Both the position numbers and the translations under genes were made by a program. A DNA stretch of 64,000 nucleotides, taken from the NCBI RefSeq assembly GCF_006345805.1, contig NC_043001.1, positions 88,412,001 through 88,476,000 of the forward strand. Direction: 5' to 3'. Below, piece after piece: positions 23,401 to 34,779 of the stretch (the first letter of the stretch is position 1; each line of letters opens with the position of its first letter). The DNA is from Octopus sinensis. Its lineage: Eukaryota. Under the pieces are notes generated by a model that was not told the DNA's origin, ran no database searches, and worked only from the letters and a program-made list of their open reading frames with translations.

Positions 23401-24624
23401 AAATATTGATAATAACTTCTATTATAAAGGAGAAAAATTAGTTACTTCAAGTTGTGGGTTTTGCTCCATTTATTCATTTCAGAGTTACCAACTGCTGCAT
23501 GAAAACATGTTTAGGCAGCAGTAAGTTATCCAGTCTCTAAATTTACAAATACCTGTCCAATCTAAATTTCAGGAAACCTAATCAAGTGCTAAAATAAATA
23601 AGCCATTTTTAAAAAATTCTATTCAAGGAGGGAGTATGTTATGACAATCATCAGCTCTCGGGTAGTGTGTGTGTAGTGTATTTATACTACCTACATGGAA
23701 AGGATTTTTGAGATCAGTTCAAACAGAAATATTTGCATCCACCAGAAACATTCTGATAATTTATTCATTCACTTTATTTCTATTTTTCCATGCTCACATG
23801 GGTTTGGCAAATGTATTAATGAGACATTGTTTTATAGTTGGATTCCCTATTTGTTTTTTTAAGTAAGGGGTCTTTATTTCATGTATCTTTGAAGGTGCAA
23901 AGCCAATGGATGACTTGTTGATAGAAGTGACTAAGTGCTAATGCTTGTAGTTATGTTATCCCCAAAATAGGTAAACAAATACACATGCTTGCACCCACAC
24001 ACAAACACACACACTCACATGTATGCACCCCTACACAAACATACACTTCAGTTTTCATCAACCAAATCTCACAACAAGACTTCAGTCAGCCCAGGACTAC
24101 AGTAGAAGACACTTGCCCAAGTTGCTTCACAGTGAAATTGAACCTGAAGCTACATACCTCATATAAGATAATTTGGTACATGTGTACATCTGTGTGTATG
24201 CACACACACACATTTGCATATATGCAATTATGTGTGTGTGTGCATGTGTGTGTGAATAGGCATGGCCTTGTGGTTAAGAAGTTCACTTTGGAACTCCAAT
24301 TTAGGGTTCCTCCCCTGTATGTAGCACATCTCAGGCTGACCATCGCCTTGTGAATGAATTAGTAGACACAATACAGTAAATAATAGAGGGAGAATGATAG
24401 AGGGATAGGAGACTATTGAATCGGTGAGAGGGTCATGCTCTCACTCACACATATTTTTGTGAGAAATTGTTCAGATATACTTTATGTAGTAAATGTGTTA
24501 TTTATCTGTGCCACAAATCGTAGTTCTAGTTTCTCTAAGTGTTCAAGCTGCATTGTATGAAAACACATTTTTAGATTTTTCTATTGATTCTTGTATAAGT
24601 AACTTACTGTCAGCTGTTCATATG

Positions 24625-24681
<57 letters not shown>

Positions 24682-25515
24682 TACATTAATAATTAGTAAA
24701 TATGTATGTTTAGCTATAATCCTGAATAACTTTAATTTTCAGTCTAGTATTTTACACCACCAAATTTCTGGTAGTGTAAAAGGTAGACTGATGGTCAGAT
24801 TTGTAAATGAGTTGTAAATTTACCACCACATAATCAATTCTCCAAACTTCATCTATTTGAGGGACAGTGTCCACAATATTGATTAGGGTATAGTAATTAT
24901 TGCATCAGATTAGTGTGGTTAATGATTGATTTGAAATGTTTTCAGGTTAAGTGGCTTGGTGAGTAGTTTCAGAGGGGTGTAGGCTTAGAAGTAAGGAATT
25001 AGGAAAAAGTTTAGTTGAAAGAATGGTAATGAGATATATTTTTTGTGTATGTGATACAGAGTTGACAGGTTTCAAAGACTGAAGTAATATTGGGAGAGAA
25101 ATGAGAGGATATGTCTCTGTTGTAAAGGAGGCTTTGTCTTGGATAGCATTTGAAAATGTATCCATGTGTGCATGTTGTAGTGAATGTCTAGAACATACCC
25201 ATCAGAGCAGCTGTTCGAGAATGAAGACTACTCTGATGTATAATCTTGTTTAGCCTTTGTATGTATAAGAAACTTGGAGTAGATTTACTCGCAATGATGA
25301 CACCAAATGAAGATATCTATTTGTAAGACTACTACTTATAGAGCCTTCATAATTTCTGTTGATCAGATTCTTTTGAGAAAAAAATCAGTTGTTTTCAGGG
25401 TTATCACTGTGAGCTATCTGTGTCACCGAAGTATATTTTGTTGCCTTGATGGTCATTATGAAAGTGTTGTTTTCAACAAATCTCTCATACTAATGCTTTT
25501 AGTTTTATACAAAAC

Positions 25516-25731
25516 ATTGGTTTCAAGTTTTGGCATAAGGACAACAATTTCAAGGGTGGAGTAAGTTGATTACGTCCATCCCAGTGCTCAACTGATACTT
25601 ATTTTATTGACTCTGAAAGGATGAAAGGCAAAGTTGACTTTGGTGAAATTTGAACTCAGAATATAAAGACAGATAAAATGCTGCTAAACATTTTGCCTGG
25701 CGTGTTAATGATTCTGTCAGCTCACCACCTT
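25516..25731 (-). mobile_element. tRNA-derived SINE (family A)
   Basis: Reverse complement of the family A sequence (GAAAGGATGAAAGGCAAAGTTGACTTTGGTGAAATTTGAACTCAGAA). Confidence 0.85.
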
Positions 25732-25903
25732 AAACATTAACAATGTTGTAGTGTTAGTTTGTCACTTTCACTGTTTTTGTTTTTAGTTTGTTTCATTCAT
25801 CCCTCTTCTGTTTCCAGCCACTGAGCCATCCTCATCTTGGAATATGTTCCTCATTAATGGAACATTAATCTACTTTATTTCTTCTGCTGAAGTTATTAAT
25901 TAA

Positions 25904-26083
<180 letters not shown>

Positions 26084-26420
26084 TAGGCACACGTGTATGT
26101 TCTGTACATGGATATTTTGATGTGATTATGTGTGAGATGACTTGTTATATAAATTAAATTTCTTTACTTTTTTGATTGAGCAATTATTTTGCAGGTGGAT
26201 GGGCACATGTTCTTTTTCTTTTTGTAAAATTAATCATTCAGCTGGGAGTGGCACCTGTTGTTAGATTAACTGAGGCAAGCTGAATTAAGTCTTGCCCCAG
26301 GACACTGGCCAATGACTGTCGTAAATGGTTAAACTTTTAGCTGTGAAATTTGTTTAGTACCTGAAGCCTACACACTTTTTAAGTATGCCATCTTATTGGT
26401 TTCAACTAATCTATTGTGGT

Positions 26421-26800
26421 CATGCTGGAGTATTACCATTGATTGTAGGCATGCTGGAATACTACCGTCAGCTGTAGCCATTTGAGAGTACTACCATCAA
26501 TTGTAGTCATGTTGGAGTACTACCACCAGTTGTAACAATGCTGGAGTACTGCCATCTGTTGTAGCCATGCTGGAGTACTATCATCTGTTGTAATCATGCT
26601 GGAGTACTACCGTTGGTTGTAACCATGCTGGAATACTACCACTGATTTTGGTCATTCATCTCAGTCTTAGTACCATTTAACACCAGTAATGGCCATTGCT
26701 TATCTATTGAATTCATGCTGGAGTACTGCCATCAGTTGTAACCATGCTAAAGTACTACCATTGATTGATAATAAAACCCATGAATAACCATCAGCTGTTT
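26421..26800. repeat. 29-bp minisatellite, consensus CATGCTGGAGTACTACCATCAGTTGTAAC
   Basis: Eight head-to-tail copies at exact 29-bp period (26421-26652), two more at 26714-26768, and a partial copy after. Confidence 0.92.
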
Positions 26801-27379
26801 TTATCTAGGATACTATTACGAGGTCTTGTTGAAGCTCTAACATCACAAGTGACCATGCTGCAGAAAGCACATATTTTGTTATTTTATTCAAAGTTTTATA
26901 TTCTAGACTCATGTGTTCATTTGCCAGTAGTTTTTCTCTTCCTATTTTATGATGTAGAAGGCCATAGGTCACAACTAAATCCATAGTTTCAATGGTGTTT
27001 TAACATTATCTGCAGAATAATAAATTCTGAAGTAATGAAACTAATGATAGAATTTACTAATGCTTATAGTGTATAGTTAATGTGTATAGTTAAAAGAGTT
27101 TAGTTGTTGCATATAGATTCATTTGACCTCTTGAGTAAAAATGTATCAAGTCACACTGTTCACCTTATATTTTCTACTTTTATATTTGTTACATTTCAAC
27201 AGGTATATTATTCAGTCACCTTCAGTTATCATTTTTATATATACACCAGCCATCTGATGTGTGTACATACATATATATATATATACACACACACACACTC
27301 ACATCCCTGCATGCATATGTTCAAATGCATATATCTCTCTCTCTACACACTTTTCACTGAAGTGGGCACTTGATTGATT

Positions 27380-27512
27380 TACTGTGCTTGAGAAGACTTG
27401 TAAAACCAAGTGAAATCATAGCTGTGGCCAGTGCTAGTGACACGTAAAAGGTGCCTGTACCAGTGACACATAAAAGGCACCTGTGCTGTTGACACGTAAA
27501 AGGCACCCATGA
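27380..27512 (+). mobile_element. RTE 3' UTR fragment with tandem GTGACACGTAAAAGGCACC-like units
   Basis: Similar to the 3' UTR at 29160-29530. Confidence 0.6.
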
Positions 27513-27704
27513 AATGTGACATGCTAAGATTTTGTGAAATGTGTTGAAGGAAAGAATTAAATGTGAAATTGATTGATGGAAGTGTATTGAAACTGGGAAA
27601 GGCAGAGAGTACAGAAGCAAAAGGTGTCATAGGTTTCATTGTAAGCAAAGAATTGCAATTTGTCTTCATTGTAATAGATACAAGCACATATACACTCAAG
27701 TGCA

Positions 27705-27835
27705 AGAATGGCTGTGTGGTTAAGTAGCTCACTTCCCAACCACCTGATTTGGGGCTCAGTCCCATTGCATGACACCATGGGCCAACCAAAGCCTTGTGAT
27801 TAGATTTGGTAGACAGACTGAAACAAGCCTGTTGT
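27705..27835 (+). mobile_element. tRNA-head SINE (family C), partial
   Basis: GGCTGTGTGGTTAAGTAGC...TTCCCAACCAC...AAAGCCTTGTGA..GATTTGGTAGAC. Confidence 0.65.
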
Positions 27836-28124
27836 GTGCACACACACATGCATGCACATGCACACATACACACACATATGAAAGTATGTAGTCAGTTTAT
27901 ACTGATTTTCTATTAAGAAGCTATTCCTCTCAAAATCATCTTAGTGTTGCCTCTCTTATAGTACCCAGTGATGATGATAACCAAGAAGCTAGAATGTGTT
28001 CATTGGTCTACAGAGAGCAAACTGTGATGACTGATCATGTTCTAACATTGTTGCCTTAGGCAAAAATTTTACCCATGGCAAAGCACACAGTAAAAAATGA
28101 CCTTTTTACAGGTCAAATATGTCA

Positions 28125-28460
28125 CAAACTTGCTTCCCAACCACATGATTTTGAGATAGTCCAACTGTATAGCACCTTGAACTCTTTCAATCTTGCTTTG
28201 AGCTAATCAAATACTTGTGAGTGGATTTGGTAGACTGAAACCTTGTGTGTGTGTATGTATATATGTATGTATGTATGTATACATGCATCTCTTTGTCTTG
28301 ACATTGCATGGTGAGTGTTAAGGTATGTCACCATTGTACGAGCAGTGTCATTTGCTTCCAACCTTCTGTGTAAATGTCCTGCCATGGGGAAATATTACCT
28401 TGCTTGGAAACATGAGAGTTAGTTACAGGAAGGGCATCGAGCCATAGAATATCTGCCTCA
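28125..28460 (+). mobile_element. tRNA-head SINE (family C) head and body, lacking its own tail
   Basis: CTTGCTTCCCAACCACATG...CTTGTGAGTGGATTTGGTAGAC...GCCATGGGGAAATATTACCTT...GGAAGGGCATC...ATCTGCCTCA. Confidence 0.65.
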
Positions 28461-29695
28461 TGCAAAGACAGAAATAATTATAGCGGTGTCAAATTGTTGG
28501 ATCAGGTGATGAAAGTGAAGGAGAGGGTCATAGCCTAACTAATTAAGGAGAGAATTAGTCTAGATGGGGTGCAGTTTGGTTTTGTGCCAGGGAGAAGTAC
28601 CACTGATGCTATATTTCTGGTAAAGCAGCTGCAGGAGAAGTACCCACCCTAAGATAAACCTCTGTACTTAGTTTTTATTGACATGGAGAAAGCCTCTAGC
28701 AGGGTCCTCCAATCCCTTATCTGGTGGTCAATGTGGAAACTAGGGATATATGAGTGGTTGGTGAGAGCTTTACAAGCCATGTACAAAGATGCAGTCAGTA
28801 AAGTGAGGGTTGGCAACAACTATAGCGATGAATTCAGGGTACAAGTAGGGGTTCACTATGGATCAGTCCTCAGACCCCTCCTGTTCAGCATAGTCCTCCA
28901 GGCAATAACAGAAGAATTTAAGATAGGCTGCTCCCGGGAGGTCCTCTATGCTGGTGACCATGTTCTTATAACTGAATTACCAGAACTAGAGAAGAAACTT
29001 CAGGTGTGAAAGCAAAGTCTAGAATGAAAGTGCTTTAGGGTTAACCTAGCAAAAACCAAAGTCTTAGTAAGTAGGAAAGCAGACAAGTCACAAATTCCTT
29101 CAGGTTGATGGCCCAGCTCGATCCATAGGAAGGGTGAAGGTAGAAATTCCATTAGATATGCCGTCCTTGAAAAGACCCATCAAGTCAAGAGAAATCATAG
29201 TTGGTGCTGATACTGGTGTTATGTAACTAGCATCCATGCTGGTGGCATGTAAAAAGCATCTTTCGAGTGTTGGACCTCATGGAGACAATGTGGCCAATGC
29301 CGGTGTTGCATAACTAGCACCTGTACTGGTGTTGCATCACTAGCACCTGTGCTGATGGCACATAAAAACACCTTTTGAGCATGGGGCCTCACAGAGGCAA
29401 GGACAAATATTTGAGACCTTTGGCAATATGCCATGCTTGAGTAGAAGACCCACCAAGCCAAGTGAAATCATAGTCATGGCAGTTACTGATGTCACACAAC
29501 TGGCACCCATGCTGATGGCATATAAAAGCACCCATTACACTCTCAGGGTGTTTGATGTTAGGAAGGGCATCCAGCTGTAGAAACCATGCCAAATCAGACT
29601 GGAGTCTGGTGCAGCCCCTCCGCTTACTAGCTCTTGTCAAACCATCCAACCCATGTCAGCGTGGACAACAGATGTTAAATAATGATGATGATGAT
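28461..29695 (+). mobile_element. RTE-clade LINE, 5'-truncated and internally deleted, decayed RT
   Basis: DRNNYSGVKLLDQVMKV, QFGFVPGRSTTDAIF, FIDMEKA, GVHYGSVLRPLLF, VLYAGD, RVNLAKTKV; tandem-repeat 3' UTR and (GAT)n tail at about 29683-29695. Confidence 0.88.
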
Positions 29696-30994
29696 TTTAT
29701 TAATACAATAATGTCGATACACATAAATATGTATGTACCTCCTTATAAATACCTACATACATGCACATTTCCTCATACTGCTTTTCATTAGCTCTTCCAA
29801 ATTAAAAGGATGCTATTCTGCTTTGAGATATACAGATACTACTTTAAAAAAATAAGGAACAGTATCATTTTTAGCCAAATATCCAATGAAACTCAGCTAG
29901 AGTAGGCACACCTCTTTGTTTCACTAGTTTAGATGTTAAATTAGGTCAAGTGATAGTGCACAACACGTAGTTGAACTACTCTTCCTTCTCATTGCAAGAA
30001 GTCCACATTGTAATCAAAGACTTGATGAGTTCTGTGAATCATGTTATGACAAGGCATTGTATGGAATTTTACCAGTAAAGGAGATAGCTAAATTAGATGT
30101 GGTGTTCATCATGAATATTACATACAAAGCAATTATATCATGTTTAAAGCTGATTAAATTGGATTTCATTATGGCCACCTACATTTCAGCAATAAAGCTA
30201 TAATTAGTTGAGAAATTAACTGATTACTATTGTTATTAACTTCTCTCTCTCTTTAGGGATGTACTAGCTGTGCTTTCATGTTGTTAGAGCAGGATTTAGA
30301 TGTTAGTAACTGTCTATGTATATGTTTATATGATAATTATAATATTTTTCATTCTGCTGATGTGTGATGGCACTAAATGACATGGTTTTGCTTGAAAGTT
30401 GATGTTAGAACAAATCTTCTTCTATGTTCATTCCTATGCTGAAACTGATACTCTTCATTCCTATTTAACTTGGCACGTATATATATGTTGTCTAACCTAG
30501 ACATCCTACATCAAACTGCCCTCTCTCCATGTACAGAGACGTTGGAAATATTCTTCAATGGAGATATGGCAATCTTGTCTCTTTCAATATCACAAAGAAG
30601 TAGTTACTTAATAAATCAGCGATATGGTTTTCTACTTTACTTTGTCCAATCTTGGCTAACATGTAATTAAATTTCTCAAAGTCACTACAAATGCGAGATG
30701 TCTCAATCACTGATCTCACATGACAAGTTCCTATTCATAACATAACATGTATCTACTTCCTTCCCATCAAGCCTTTCATTTCATCCTTTATCAACTATTG
30801 AGTTTCTTACAAAGCCAAGTGAGACCTAGAGTTGAATATTGCTTCCACATCTTGGACTGTCGCTGCTACTCATAAAATTTCCTTAGACTGCATTCATAAA
30901 AATGCACCCAGCTGATTAACAAGGATCCACTTAATATACTTTAACCTCTAACCTAGAGTTGTCTTACTGGCTTTTTCTTTTACTACTGTTACTA

Positions 30995-32367
30995 CAGGGT
31001 AGTAAATTAAAAAGTAGCCATGGTTCTGTGGCATAGTGTAAATACAAAAATAAATTTACACATGTGAAAAAGTACCCAGCCTTTTGTCTGCAAGTTTCAT
31101 TGTGTTATTTCAACTGCTTGAACAAAGATGACACGTTAGTTGACTGTATCCTCACTGCATTATCACCACATTAGTTGGTTGTAAGAATGCATTGAGTGAA
31201 CATCTGTAGCCTTTTCTGCAAGATGATATACTCAATAGCAGAAAGAGTGGAGATTTTGGAAACATGTGTGAGAAGGAATTCTGTTAAACAAATATGCGAA
31301 ATTTTTGAACACAAGTTTCTGAGTAAAGGCTTACTAGCAAAGAGAATGATACAAATGTTGGTTAAAAGGTGGCACATTACAAGGTCAGTGCACAATACCC
31401 CAAAACAAAGAGACCCTACATATTGAATTCTAGAAGTTATTCAAGGCATACTTCAAGTCCAAAGAAGTCAACACATAAATTGGTGCAGTCGTCTTACATA
31501 AGCGGTAGGTCATGTAAATGGGCATTGAAAAGTCTTAAGCTAAAGCCATATCATATCACGTATGTACAGCAATTAAAAGTGGGTGACAAGAGCAGATGAG
31601 TAAATTACTGCACATGGCTTCTGAATAGAATTGCTAATGGTGAGCTACATCCATTGCAGTACATAATGAGTGATGAGGCATAGATTCATTTCCCCAGTGA
31701 TGTAAATTCACAAAACACACAGTACTGGGTGGTAGAGAGGTTTCACCTTGTGCATAAGCAGCCATTCCACAAAAAAAAAAATCAGAAAATGTGTTGTTTG
31801 ATGTGCTGTTTCAGGGGGACACACATCATTGGACCAATATCTTTTGACAGTATTGTCAATTCAGAGACATACATGGATATTTTGAACCAGTTTTGTGCTC
31901 AACTCACTGACAATGAAAGACCAGTGTACTTCTTCCAGCAGGATGGAGTGACTTACCACACTTCTCTGGTATCCATACAGTGATTCCATGGGACCCTTTT
32001 TTGAGGGACACACAAAATTTGTGGCCACCACATTCTTCTGACTTTTCAATGTGTGATTATTAACTCTGGAGACACTTAAAGAGCACGGTGTACAAAAAAA
32101 AATTCACTCATAATACAGGAACTGAAGGACAATATAATGCTTGCAGTTGCCATCATCATCATCATTTAATGTCCATTGTCCATGCTAGCATGGGTTGGAC
32201 AATTTGACCAGGGCTGGTAAGCTGACGGGGCTGCATATTTGTGTATTGATGCTGTTGGGAACCATTTTCAAAATCTATGATGGTGAGTCTTTTCCGACAT
32301 TTGTAAATTTATTTCTGTATTTTCACTATGCTATGGAACCTGAGCTACTTTTCCATGCGTCACCTTG
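30995..32367 (+). mobile_element. Old Tc1/mariner-superfamily (DDxD-type) DNA transposon
   Basis: About 66-bp degenerate TIRs (30995-31060 vs 32302-32367; ~16 mismatches, ungapped) with TA on both flanks. Transposase relics MSDEA, VNSQNTQYW, IIGPISFD, FFQQDGVTYHT, LWPPHSSDFSMCDY. Confidence 0.8.
32151..32235 (-). mobile_element. RTE-tail SINE fragment nested in the mariner-like element
   Basis: CATCATCATCATTTAATGTCCATTGTCCATGCTAGCATGGGTTGGAC; same family as 5222-5470. Confidence 0.75.
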
Positions 32368-33284
32368 TACAAATAGCTTCTGCTCTTGTCCACCTGACAT
32401 GCACACCTCTCCTCTTGCCACTTACATTATGCTTCCACCATCACAAAACTGCATACTAACTACTTTCCACAATCCTTCCTTACCAGGTGACAAATCCTCT
32501 AGAACCCCTCTTCCATCCTCTTTTTTGTTTAGATGCCAACTTGCATTTATAGCAAGTTAGTGGGTGAAGTAGTTGGGAAAGTCATGGATCCCTTCCTTTT
32601 TTCCTCCTGACTTAAAAAACTTAGCCCTCCCCGCAAACATACACCTCCTCTCCAGAGTTTTACTTCATTTTTGTATTTTTACTCCCTCTCCTTCCTCCCC
32701 AGGTATATTTTTAATTCTACCTTACCCTTTATTTTCCCATTTTCTCTCTTGTTCATACATATTTCATTTTTTTAATCTTTATGACCTGTTAAAAGAATAT
32801 TTTTTTTCTTACATTTTCTGCCTCATTTCAATTAAATAAAATAAAAATAAAATGATTATCCATTTCTTCTACTTTTGTCACACCAACGTAGACTATATTT
32901 TGTTGTTTTCACTGAAACTCAGGAAGAGATGAAGTGGAATGGTTGGAATGGTTTAACTGAATCTATTAGAGTTTTCCTGAAGGAATGTCTTCTATTTTTA
33001 CTGTTTTATTAAATCTTTTTTTGTGTGTGTTAACATATTAGGAATGTTTATATATTTTTTCTTGCGAATTTTTGTATTTCTATATTGTTAGTTTTCATTT
33101 TTTGCAACTATTGTAATCACTCAACCAGCAAATAATGGAAGCTGCTACTAACCAAGCTGAATCAAGAAAGTGTACACCTTTTACCTTTGAGCAAAATATT
33201 AGTACAGTAAGGTTTAAACTTGTAGCTATGTGATTAGTAGTGCTAAACCTTCAAATCACATTCCAGAGATAAATGTTTAAAAAA

Positions 33285-33317
<33 letters not shown>

Positions 33318-33934
33318 AGCCATTTTCAAGATCATTGGAGGTATGGAAGGGTGATGGTAAAGCTATAATCAGTAAAATGATGATTGAAGATGATGTTCAC
33401 TTTCAGTTGCTTCTCATTTATTTGGTGGTTCTTTCTGCCAGCACTGGAGTAGCAGTGAATATGAAAGAAGGATTCTTCCTGTCAATGCATGTTGAAAGGT
33501 CTTTGAAAATAGCCAGAGAAAACTAAATCAAATTGTGTCTTATTATAGAAACAGATCAAAGACATGAAACTCAATTTCAGTGGAAGACCAAACAAACAAT
33601 TTATTTTTAGAATGGAATGAGTGAAAATACATTGATCAATTGGTCTGCCTGTCTGTCTGCTTGTCTGTCTCTTCAGCTTTCTTTCTCTGTTTGTTTCAGA
33701 ATAAAGGCTTTATCTTTTTGATGTATACACATGTACACGCATACACACTCACATATACATACCACATATGCAGACATATATACATACCACACACACACAC
33801 ACACACGCACATATATATATATATGTATATGTGTGTGTGCATGCACATATAGACATATGATCACTGTATTACCTATCTACATATAAATACATAGTGTTTA
33901 TGTGTGTGTGTGTTTGTGTCTATATGTGTGTAAA

Positions 33935-34152
33935 GGTGAATGACCTAGTAGTTAGGATGTTGCATTCTCAATCATAAGATTGTAGTTTCAATTCCTGGAC
34001 TGAGCAGTGCATTGTATTCTTGAGCAAAACATTACATTTCACATTACTCCATTTCACTCCATTGTAAATGAGTAACCCTCTGATGGATTGGCATCCTGTT
34101 CTGGGTGAACATTGTGATGTCATAGAAACTGGGTAATCAGTCCTATGAGTCC
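33935..34152 (+). mobile_element. tRNA-head SINE (family B)
   Basis: GACCTAGTAGTTAGG A-box-like and GTTTCAATTCC B-box-like motifs; TCTTGAGCAAAACA core shared with 482-718. Confidence 0.6.
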
Positions 34153-34198
34153 AAGAACAGTACTTATAGATATATATATGTGTATATGTATGTATGTA

Positions 34199-34241
<43 letters not shown>

Positions 34242-34724
34242 TTGTGTATATATATATATCCATATCCCAGGTTTGATCATTGTTGAATCTTGGGCAAATA
34301 TCATTTTCAAATGTATCCATAAGATTGTCAGTGAAATTAGATAGATGAAAACTGTGTAGAGGTCTGTTGAATGAATTGCACCTGTAATTCAAAGGTCCAT
34401 TATTAACACATTCTTTCACACTGATTCCACAAAGAATTTCATTAAAAGTACATGTGTATATATATTTATCAGCCACTTACTTGCTAATACATTAGGGTGT
34501 TTCAGTTGATCAAACAACTGAAAATACATATGTTTACGAATTCTGATCAAGGTCTATAATATATAGATAGATATAGGTCAGATGATCACCTATAAACAGC
34601 ACAGCATTTTCAAGCATGGTGTGTTGGCTGGTTGGCATGCTATTTTAAAAATCTCGTTTCTTTTGGACAAGTCTTGTACATAACTTGAAGCTTATATCAT
34701 TTTTCTCTTTGTTTCTCTTTACAG

Positions 34725-34779
34725 TGCGCTTGCATGACAGTATACAAGATGAAGGATTTCATTACCTGGTCTTTGATTT
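34725..34779 (+). CDS. CaMKII: CaMKII coding exon (subdomains IV-V; vertebrate exon 4 equivalent), 55 nt
   Basis: TTTCTCTTTACAG acceptor and GTAAGT donor. Translates (V)RLHDSIQDEGFHYLVFD(L); phase 1/2, in frame with both neighbours. Confidence 0.97.

Noticed and set aside
26421-26800. 29-bp repeats as a CRISPR array
   Set aside because: Head-to-tail with no unique spacers, eukaryotic context and no cas genes.
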